DNA of 32,000 nt, from assembly GCA_965261025.1 (NCBI GenBank), contig OZ253438.1, forward strand, positions 690,001 through 722,000. Direction: 5' to 3'. A program made the position numbers and the translations under genes. Below, piece by piece: positions 15,657-22,765 of the stretch; position 1 is the first letter of the stretch, and each line of letters begins with the position of its first letter. The stretch comes from Chlamydiales bacterium. Lineage in GTDB: Bacteria > Chlamydiota > Chlamydiia > Chlamydiales > SM23-39. The notes under the pieces are model-generated. The model was not told where the DNA came from. It did no database searches and saw nothing but the letters and a program-made list of their open reading frames with translations.

Positions 15657-16875
15657 AAAGCTTTCCCTTATAGGCTCCAAAGAAGAAGGGTTCTTCTGTA
15701 AAAAGGGTTGTGAAAAGAGGATTTATAAAAACCCTCTTTTTTTTACTAAGATAGAAGAAGCCCTTTTCTTGTCTTTGTTTCCTTGTTCTCATTGCTTCAA
15801 AAAGGGCCCTTCTGAGGCTGTTTTTCTTTTTCCCATAAAGACTCTCCTAGGGGTTATGCTAGCGGCTTCAGAAAAAAAATCACTTTTGCTGCTTGGTTTT
15901 TTAGATCAGGTAGGGTTGGCCAAAAGTTTAAAAAAGATACAAGAAAGTTTAAAGCTACCGTTTTTCCCTAAAAAAACCGCTCCTATTCGAAGTATAGAAA
16001 AAGAACTTTCCCTTTATTTTACAAAGAAAATCTCCCATTTTAAGACCCCTTTCCTTTTGCTAGGATCCCCTTTTCAGAGAAAGGTTTGGGAAAGCTTACA
16101 AAAAATCCCTTATGGAAAAACCCTTTCTTATGGACAACTTGCCCAAGAGATACATAATCCCAAAGCTTTTCGTGCTGTAGCAACTGCCAATAAACATAAT
16201 CTTCTATCGATTATGATTCCCTGTCATAGGGTGATTCAAGCAAAAGGAAATTTAGGAGGTTATGCAGGAGGACTTCTTCGAAAAAAAAAGCTTCTTTCCA
16301 TGGAAACTTTTCGCTGCTTTGGAAATAAAGCAGGGCAGGAAGAGTACGCTGAGTACCATGATACGCAATGGGGACGTCCTATTTATGAAGACATCCCTCT
16401 TTTTGAGATGCTCATTTTAGAAGGCGCCCAAGCGGGTCTTTCCTGGGAAACTATCCTAAAAAGGAGAGCAAAATATAGAGAAGTTTTCCATAAATTCGAT
16501 CCTCGTAAGGTAGCAAATATGGAAGATAGCGCGTTAGAAAAACTAAAACAAGAGAAAGGGATCATTCGCAACCATCGAAAAATTTTTAGTGTACGGCAAA
16601 ACGCTAAGGTCTTTTTAAAAATCCAAAAAGAATTTGGCTCTTTTTCTTCCTATATTTGGGCTTTTATAGAGGATAAACCTGTAATAAACTACTGGGAAGC
16701 TCCAGAGAAAGTCCCTGCCAGCTCTTCTACCAGTATGGTAATTTCTAAAGACTTAAAAAAAAGAGGAATGCTATTTGTTGGCTCCACTATTATCTATGCT
16801 TATATGCAAGCCGTGGGAATGGTAGATGATCATCTTTTGTGCTGCCCTTGCCATACAAAAAATAGAACGTTTTAA
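15541..16875 (+). CDS. Alkylation-repair fusion: Ada-type Cys4 zinc module (tentative) + O6-alkylguanine-DNA alkyltransferase + DNA-3-methyladenine glycosylase I. The start is uncertain.
   Basis: The AGT core is SPFQRKVWESLQKIPYGKTLSYGQLA...IPCHRVI. The Tag module begins at Met254 (nt 16300) and is colinear with E. coli Tag (METFRCFG..YHDTQWG..LFEMLILEGAQAGLSWETIL...). The Tag zinc ligands C-x13-H ... H-x3-C are retained. The N-terminal stretch FFCKKGC-x24-PCSHC parallels Ada FCRPSC-x26-PCKRC. Only TTG codons (15541, 15565) precede the Zn module, and both lie inside the helicase 3' end. Confidence 0.8.
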   Translation: MESRSIELLQEKIVSETEKNLFLRKGEKRGLGKRTTFPKKLSLIGSKEEGFFCKKGCEKRIYKNPLFFTKIEEALFLSLFPCSHCFKKGPSEAVFLFPIKTLLGVMLAASEKKSLLLLGFLDQVGLAKSLKKIQESLKLPFFPKKTAPIRSIEKELSLYFTKKISHFKTPFLLLGSPFQRKVWESLQKIPYGKTLSYGQLAQEIHNPKAFRAVATANKHNLLSIMIPCHRVIQAKGNLGGYAGGLLRKKKLLSMETFRCFGNKAGQEEYAEYHDTQWGRPIYEDIPLFEMLILEGAQAGLSWETILKRRAKYREVFHKFDPRKVANMEDSALEKLKQEKGIIRNHRKIFSVRQNAKVFLKIQKEFGSFSSYIWAFIEDKPVINYWEAPEKVPASSSTSMVISKDLKKRGMLFVGSTIIYAYMQAVGMVDDHLLCCPCHTKNRTF

Positions 16876-16906
16876 CCCCTACATTTTTACGAACAAAAAA
16901 TCCTCT

Positions 16907-18097
16907 CTATTCACTTTCGTTGGGCACTATTTTTTTCAAAGTAGTGATTAAAACTATTACTAAAATAAGTAAAACAGAGAAAAAAGAAGGTAAAATAAAG
17001 GCTTTTTTAAGAGGAAAAAATGCCAAAAGCATCGTAGCTAAAACGGCAGTTCCCACATTAAGAAAGTTTAAGATGGCAGAAGCTATAGATTTATTTTCCG
17101 TGTAGGTAAGAGCAAAAGAAGAGGCATTGCTAAAAATCAAAGGCGTTCCTAAATATATGACAGGCATTGGAAAGAAAAGGCTCCAAGAGTTAACATATCC
17201 GGTTAAAAAACAAAATAGCTGTACAAAAATCCCAATGCTTACAAAAGTGATGCCTAGAAACATCGTTTGAAAAGCAGAACCGTAAATTAAGATACGAGCG
17301 ATTATAGAGCCTAAAACAAAACCTACACTAGGTATCATATTCAAAAAACCATACTCTTCAGGGTCTAATCCCAGATGATTCAAAGCCAAAAAAGGCGCAA
17401 ACTGAGCAAAGAGATAGATAATAGTAGTAACACAGCCCCAAGTAAGCCCGGAAAACACTAAAATTTTATTGCGAAATTCAGCTGCATAAACCTTTAGAAT
17501 ATTTTTCATCTTTAAGGCGGTTTTATCCTTTCCTGATCCTGTTTCTGGGAGAAGACGGGATAAAACCAAAAGGAAAAGACCATAAAAACTGAGAAATAAA
17601 AAACAGCTTTGCCAGAAAAACCACTTTACTAAAAGTCCTCCTAAAGCCACAGAAAGCCCAGGAGCCACAGCAAAGGAGAGCCCCGTATAAGAGGCGTACT
17701 TAGTAGCTTCTTTCTTAGAAAACGCATCTCCAATCAAGGTAAAACTCATCTGAAGACCTACACTAGAGCCTAATGCCATGAGAAAAACAAAACACAAAAA
17801 GAAAAAATAAAAACAAAGATACCCCATAAAAGAAGCTCCCAAAGCACCTAAGATCTGTAACCCAATCCCCAAGGCCAGACTATTTTTTCTTCCTATTCTA
17901 TTTGCTATAGGACCCCAAGGAAGCTGTCCCAAGGCATATCCCAATAAAAAAATCGTTACAGGAAGCTGTGCTTCGGTAATAGAAATACCGTAGTAATAAG
18001 CAAGCCCTGGGAGACCGGGAGAAAATAAAACAGCTCCTACCGAGGCAAAAGAAACTAAAAAAAGCAAAATAAAAAGCTGTGGTTTTTTATTCGTCAC
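16907..18097 (-). CDS. MFS transporter, Bcr/CflA subfamily (second copy in the window)
   Basis: The 396-aa protein has 12 TM segments and a GTG start. It carries the motif LGYALGQLPWGPIANRIGRK (MFS motif A) and an N-terminal LFSPGLPGLAYYYG region resembling Bcr/CflA. Confidence 0.85.
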   Translation of the reverse strand: MTNKKPQLFILLFLVSFASVGAVLFSPGLPGLAYYYGISITEAQLPVTIFLLGYALGQLPWGPIANRIGRKNSLALGIGLQILGALGASFMGYLCFYFFFLCFVFLMALGSSVGLQMSFTLIGDAFSKKEATKYASYTGLSFAVAPGLSVALGGLLVKWFFWQSCFLFLSFYGLFLLVLSRLLPETGSGKDKTALKMKNILKVYAAEFRNKILVFSGLTWGCVTTIIYLFAQFAPFLALNHLGLDPEEYGFLNMIPSVGFVLGSIIARILIYGSAFQTMFLGITFVSIGIFVQLFCFLTGYVNSWSLFFPMPVIYLGTPLIFSNASSFALTYTENKSIASAILNFLNVGTAVLATMLLAFFPLKKAFILPSFFSVLLILVIVLITTLKKIVPNESE

Positions 18098-18334
18098 AAG
18101 GGGGATTTCCTATTTTTTCCCAGAAAATGGCCTCTATTCTACGGAAAAATTAATAAAAATGAACTGAATATTCAGACTGCAAAAAATCCTTTTTTTCAAG
18201 TAGGTATTGTTATTCTTTTTTTCTTTCATTGGAAAATAACTTGCAAGAATTTCAAATAATTTTTATGGAATAAGAGTAGGTGTAAGAAAGAAATTTTCTT
18301 AACATTTTTCGAATAGATAAGAGGAAGAAAGATT

Positions 18335-18712
18335 ATGGTTAAAAAAAGAAAAACAACAAGAAGGAAAGCTCCTAAAAAAAGAGCTTCTAAAAAAACAATT
18401 AGAAGAAAAGCTTCTAAAAGAACAGCTACGAGAAAAACATCTCGAAAAAAAACTTCTAAAAAAAGAAAAGCTTCAGGACTAACAAAACTTACCTACTCCG
18501 TTTCATCTGAATTAGCAAATGTGGTAGGGTCAGGCTCTAAAACAAGGCCTCAAATTGTAAAAAAATTGTGGGAGTACATTAAGAAGCACGGTTGTCAAGA
18601 CAGAAAAAATAGAAGAATGATTGTTCCTGACAATAAACTTTCTAAAGTACTGGGCTCAAGACCGATCGATATGTTAAAACTAGCTGGTTGTATCAGCAAG
18701 CACATTAAATAG
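18335..18712 (+). CDS. SWIB/MDM2-domain protein with an N-terminal Lys/Arg-rich histone-like tail
   Basis: The C-terminal ~78 aa read LTKLTYSVSSELANVVGSGSKTRPQIVKKLWEYIKKHGCQDRKNRRMIVPDNKLSKVLG..IDMLKLAGCISKHI, which is the SWIB fold signature. The N-terminal 47 aa are about 60% K/R, with reiterated (R/K)KAS/KKTS units. Confidence 0.9.
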   Translation: MVKKRKTTRRKAPKKRASKKTIRRKASKRTATRKTSRKKTSKKRKASGLTKLTYSVSSELANVVGSGSKTRPQIVKKLWEYIKKHGCQDRKNRRMIVPDNKLSKVLGSRPIDMLKLAGCISKHIK

Positions 18713-18722
18713 CGTAACATCT

Positions 18723-18755
18723 CGTAGGGGAAGATGTTTCCCCTACGTTTTTCTC
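18723..18755. terminator. Rho-independent terminator hairpin between convergent genes (probably bidirectional)
   Basis: A perfect 10-bp stem pairs CGTAGGGGAA (18723-18732) with TTCCCCTACG (18738-18747) around a 5-nt loop. It is followed by TTTTTCTCTTT. It lies 11 nt after the SWIB stop and directly after the stop of the minus-strand 18757 ORF. Confidence 0.8.
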
Positions 18756-18756
18756 T

Positions 18757-19215
18757 TTACTCAATTTGTAAAACTTTACTGGCCTGAATAAACGATTCAT
18801 AGAAAAGACTTAAGAAAATAATCTCTAAAAAACCTGGTTCAGTATAGATCTTCCTCAAGGCGTTTTTTAAGGAAAAATCTACCGTTTTTCTCTCCAAAAG
18901 AGCCCACACAAAATCTCTTAACAGTCCGTAAGGTGCCTTCGGTTTTTTTTCTTCTTGCAGTGAGGAAAGAAGCTCTTGAGAAAGCGGTGTTTCTTTTAGG
19001 TGCGTTTCCCATACTCTTTTACAGGAAAGTTTCTTTGCTACTACTAGTGTAATCCAATTTTTTACCTCTTTTGGCAAAATCCCCTGAAAACGAAGATAGC
19101 CTCCCAGATCAGAAAACTTGCGTAAAAGCTCAGGATGTTCTTGCATATGAAAATAGAGCCCTGTAATAGGGCCCCTTTTTTTCTCTAATTCCTCGAGCAA
19201 AGACTTTTCTTTCAC
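18757..19215 (-). CDS. Hypothetical protein, possibly carboxymuconolactone decarboxylase/AhpD-like fold
   Basis: The 152-aa ORF has a GTG start 32 nt downstream of the PhoH2 stop. The stretch LPKEVKNWITLVVAKKLSCKRVWETHLKE loosely fits the CMD-domain pattern (l..k.reli.lav....C.y....H). This is a weak call. Confidence 0.5.
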   Translation of the reverse strand: MKEKSLLEELEKKRGPITGLYFHMQEHPELLRKFSDLGGYLRFQGILPKEVKNWITLVVAKKLSCKRVWETHLKETPLSQELLSSLQEEKKPKAPYGLLRDFVWALLERKTVDFSLKNALRKIYTEPGFLEIIFLSLFYESFIQASKVLQIE

Positions 19216-19247
19216 AGAAAGAAAGTCTATTGCAAAGAAGGAAAATT

Positions 19248-20555
19248 TTACAAGATATCTGCTGCTAAAGAAGCCAGCTCTGATCTTTCTGTTTTATCCA
19301 GCTCAATATGACCAAAGATCTTTTCTTCTTTAAATCGGGAAATAGTATACGTCAACCCATTGGCATTTTTATTCAGATAAGGGTTATCTATTTGAGAAGG
19401 ATCTCCTGTTAAAACTACTTTTGTCCCATGCCCTGCTCTGGAAATTACTGTCTTCATTTCATGAGGTGTCAAGTTTTGTGCTTCATCTATGATCATAAAA
19501 ACTTTAGGCAGAGACCTTCCCCTTATGTACGTCACAGCTTCCATTTCAATTTTCTTGCTCTCCATTAAAAATTCTAAGGAAGAGCTTCCGTTACCTTCTC
19601 CATTTGTCCTTTCACAGAGATACTCTAGATTGTCATAGATAGGCTGCATCCAATGATATAACTTTTCTTCTTTTGTCCCTGGAAGATATCCAATATCTTT
19701 TCCTAAAGGAATAATGGGTCTAGAAACTAAGATACGGTTATAAATTCCCTCGTCAAATACTTTATGCATAGCACAAGCCAAAGCAAGAAGTGTCTTTCCA
19801 GTTCCTGCAGGGCCTACCAAAGTAGCTAGATGAATATCATCTCGTAAAAGAAGATCCATGGCACATTTTTGTTCAATATTCAAGGGTTGAATCCCCCAAA
19901 TATCCTTTTGTGTATGTAAAAGCGGCTCTAACCTCTGTTTGGTTTTGTTATATTTACATACAGCAGAAGATCTTTCATCAGAGGTAAGAAGACAATACTC
20001 ATTAGGTAAAAAAACATGATTTCCCTCTGGTACTTGTCCTTCTTTGTAAAAAAGATCGATATCCTTCTTCTCTACTGAGAGCTTTTTGATTCCCTTGTAG
20101 GCTTTATCTAAAGAAATTTGCTTGTTTTCATAATCTTCCGTAGCCAAAAGCATGGCTTCTGCTTTTACCCTGGTTACAAAATCTTTGGTAACAAAAATGA
20201 CATCTTCTCCTTTGTTTTTCAAAAAATGAGCCATGAAAAGCACCCGATTGCTATTTCTATCCAAAGGCAAGGGAAAGTTTTTTCCTTTTTCTAATTTTGG
20301 CTCTAAAAAAATCCGAATATAAGGACCTTCGGGAATCTCTACTCCCTTATGCAAATCTCCCTGACTTTTTAAAGAGTCTATATATCTCATTACATAACGC
20401 GCATTGTGTCCTAGTTCATTGGAATATTTCTTTAGGTTATCCAGCTCTTCTAAAACTAAAAGAGGAATAATCACCTGATTTTTTTCAAAATTTTTTAAAG
20501 CCGATGGATCATGTAATAAAACATTGGTGTCTATGACATAAGTCTTTTTACTCAC
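19248..20555 (-). CDS. PIN-domain + PhoH-like ATPase (PhoH2/YlaK type)
   Basis: The N-terminal PIN is YVIDTNVLLHDP...IPLLVLEELD. The PhoH core has Walker A GPAGTGKTLLALA and Walker B FMIIDEAQNLTP, followed by GDPSQID. It has a GTG start. Confidence 0.9.
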   Translation of the reverse strand: MSKKTYVIDTNVLLHDPSALKNFEKNQVIIPLLVLEELDNLKKYSNELGHNARYVMRYIDSLKSQGDLHKGVEIPEGPYIRIFLEPKLEKGKNFPLPLDRNSNRVLFMAHFLKNKGEDVIFVTKDFVTRVKAEAMLLATEDYENKQISLDKAYKGIKKLSVEKKDIDLFYKEGQVPEGNHVFLPNEYCLLTSDERSSAVCKYNKTKQRLEPLLHTQKDIWGIQPLNIEQKCAMDLLLRDDIHLATLVGPAGTGKTLLALACAMHKVFDEGIYNRILVSRPIIPLGKDIGYLPGTKEEKLYHWMQPIYDNLEYLCERTNGEGNGSSSLEFLMESKKIEMEAVTYIRGRSLPKVFMIIDEAQNLTPHEMKTVISRAGHGTKVVLTGDPSQIDNPYLNKNANGLTYTISRFKEEKIFGHIELDKTERSELASLAADIL

Positions 20556-20715
20556 AAAATTTCCCCTCGTTATAAAGCTATCTAACCCCTTTTTCTATGC
20601 CTGAAAAAGGATTTTCTGAGTAGATTTCTTTTTCTCGAAGAAAATCTTTATAAGAGGTTAAAAATAAATAAATTAAATAAAATTCAGCACTCAAAACCCT
20701 AAAGTGCTAAAAAAC

Positions 20716-20744
20716 TTGACGGGCAAAAAAAATAGGAATATAAT
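20716..20744 (+). promoter_or_regulatory. Near-consensus sigma-70-type promoter for the SWIM-protein gene
   Basis: The -35 element TTGACG (20716-20721), an exact 17-bp spacer and the -10 element TATAAT (20739-20744) lie 30 nt upstream of the ATG at 20775. Confidence 0.6.
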
Positions 20745-20774
20745 AGAGTTTGAAAAATGTAGAACGGGGTTTTT

Positions 20775-21449
20775 ATGAAAATCAGCTCCCTTATTTTAAG
20801 CATACCTCCTTATATATCAACAAGTTGGGAAAACGTCCTCTCCTTGAGAGTGGAGGGTACTTCTCTGGTAGTGGATTTAGTAACAAGCAAGCAAGTCAAA
20901 ATCCCTAATTTACAAGGAACCCTTTTAGAACAGGTTTTTCGTGCTCACGCCCAATATATGGAAAAAAAGAATACAGACAAAGAAAAAGAAAAGGGCCCTT
21001 CCTTTTTCGAAGCGGGCGCCCCTTTCAGATTGGGACTTCCTGGAACTATGGAGCCTTTAGAAAATATTTTACAACACAATCCAGATCAGGCTAGTCTTCC
21101 TAATTTACCAGAGGATGTTTTAAAGAAAATTACCTCTATTGCCAAAGCAGTAGGACTTACTCTTTCAGAGAACGTACTCAAAGCAGAGCCCCACTGTAAC
21201 TGTGCTTACTGCCAAATTGCTAGATCGCTACAAAATGGTTCCAAGGAGGAAGAAGGCGGAGAAGAAGAGGTTTGCTCAGAAGATCTTTCTTTCAAAAACT
21301 GGGATATCCATCAAAGAGCTGAAAAACTGTATGACGTAGTGAATCCTTTGGATACTAATGAATGTTATCAGGTATTTTTGGGAGAGCCTTTGGGATGCAC
21401 TTGTGGACAGAAACACTGCGAACATATAAAGGCTGTGCTTCATAGCTAA
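20775..21449 (+). CDS. Hypothetical protein with a C-terminal SWIM-type zinc finger
   Basis: The C-terminal stretch GCTCGQKHCEHIKAVL fits SWIM CxCx(n)CxH (typical ...CKHi.AvL). An additional CNCAYC cluster is present. The middle of the protein is acidic and low-complexity. Confidence 0.65.
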   Translation: MKISSLILSIPPYISTSWENVLSLRVEGTSLVVDLVTSKQVKIPNLQGTLLEQVFRAHAQYMEKKNTDKEKEKGPSFFEAGAPFRLGLPGTMEPLENILQHNPDQASLPNLPEDVLKKITSIAKAVGLTLSENVLKAEPHCNCAYCQIARSLQNGSKEEEGGEEEVCSEDLSFKNWDIHQRAEKLYDVVNPLDTNECYQVFLGEPLGCTCGQKHCEHIKAVLHS

Positions 21450-21548
21450 GAGCTTTTTTGTTTTCTCAAAAACTGTTAAAGATTTCTTTTCTCAAAAACT
21501 TTTCCTTAACTTATAGTGAGAGCCATATTCCCTAAATGGAGGAGGAGT

Positions 21549-22727
21549 ATGGGATTTTTCCGTATTAGGTTCTTATTTTTTTTATCTATCGCCTCTTTCC
21601 TACAGGCAGAGGTTGTACAACCTGTTTTTACCCCTTTTACCGGAAAAGTTTTGGGACAAAAGGTGCGCCTGCGTCCTTCTCCTGATTTGAAAGGAGAGGA
21701 AATTTCTACTCTTATGCAAGGAGATCTCCTCTTGGTAAAAGGCGAAATCGGAGATTTCTATGAAGTAAAAGCTCCTATGAATCTGAGCGCTTTTGTTTAT
21801 AAAAATCTTGTGTCAGAAGGGAAAATTGATGCAGATCGGGTCAATATCAGAGTAAAACCTAGCAAAGAATCTACTGTTTTAGGCTCCTTAAATATGGGCT
21901 ATGCCCTACTGATAAGGGATGATACTTCTTATCTGAAATGGATTAAAATAGCTGTTCCTGAAAGCTGCTCTTTGTACGTAGCAAAAGAATTCATCGGTTA
22001 TGCTGGAAATCCCTCTTATCTGGAAGAGAGAGAAAAAAGGAAAGAAGCCGGATTAAAGCTTTTACAAGAAGCCCTTTCTCTGGCAGATCAAGAAGAAAAA
22101 AAACCTTTTGAACAGATGCAGCCTCAAGAAGCTATTGCTAAACTACAAAAAGTTATAGAAGCCTTTTCTGATTTAAAACCTGAAGTACAACAGGCAAAAC
22201 TTTGCCTTGCTTGCTTACAAGAAAACTATTTAGAGAAAAAACTTTCTTATCTTGCTTTGGCAAGCAAAGAAGAATCCGTAGAAGAAGTTTTTTTTCCTGA
22301 TATAAAAGAAGAGACTTCTAATCAAAAAGAGATCGCAGAAACAAGTCTTTCGTTAGAGATCTGGAAAGAAAAGAACCCTTTTTTGAATAAAACCTTAACG
22401 CCAAAAATGAAAACATGGGTTTTCGTAGAAAAAGAACTTTTTGATAGCTGGTATGCCTTTCATCCTCAAAAAAGTGTGGAAGATTTTTATTTGGAACAAA
22501 AAGTTAATGGGGACACTTTACAGGGGGTAATCCAGGCTTATGATCCTGGAATGAATAATCGTCCCGGAGATTACGTTTTACGAAAAAATGGGGCCTTTGC
22601 TGCCTTTTTGTACAGCACTTACTACGATTTAGATACCTTTTTAGGCAAAAAGGTAACCATCCTTGTTTCTCCGAGGCCCAACCATCATTTTGCGTTTCCT
22701 GCCTACTTTGTATTAGAAGTAAAGTAG
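21549..22727 (+). CDS. Secreted protein with two N-terminal bacterial SH3 (SH3b) domains
   Basis: ATG 21549 is preceded by GGAGGAG. The signal peptide is MGFFRIRFLFFLSIASFLQAE. The two SH3b-like repeats are VRLRPSPDLKGEEISTLMQGDLLLVKGEIGDFYEVK and VNIRVKPSKESTVLGSLNMGYALLIRDD..WIKI. The GTG at 21516 is a less likely start. Confidence 0.75.
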   Translation: MGFFRIRFLFFLSIASFLQAEVVQPVFTPFTGKVLGQKVRLRPSPDLKGEEISTLMQGDLLLVKGEIGDFYEVKAPMNLSAFVYKNLVSEGKIDADRVNIRVKPSKESTVLGSLNMGYALLIRDDTSYLKWIKIAVPESCSLYVAKEFIGYAGNPSYLEEREKRKEAGLKLLQEALSLADQEEKKPFEQMQPQEAIAKLQKVIEAFSDLKPEVQQAKLCLACLQENYLEKKLSYLALASKEESVEEVFFPDIKEETSNQKEIAETSLSLEIWKEKNPFLNKTLTPKMKTWVFVEKELFDSWYAFHPQKSVEDFYLEQKVNGDTLQGVIQAYDPGMNNRPGDYVLRKNGAFAAFLYSTYYDLDTFLGKKVTILVSPRPNHHFAFPAYFVLEVK

Positions 22728-22765
22728 CTCTATAGCTTAAATTCCGCTAGAAAGCTGCCTTTTTT

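Noticed and set aside
15309-17105. ORFs 15309-15512 (-), 16383-16571 (-) and 16920-17105 (+)
   Set aside because: These are antisense to the helicase, Tag module and MFS genes respectively.
21516-21548. GTG 21516 as the start of the SH3b protein
   Set aside because: ATG 21549 is preceded by GGAGGAG at optimal spacing and begins a textbook signal peptide.
22728-22765. Possible terminator between the convergent SH3b and rmuC genes
   Set aside because: Only a 5-bp stem (AGCTT/AAGCT) with a 13-nt loop is present. The following T-run is suggestive but the stem is too weak to call.
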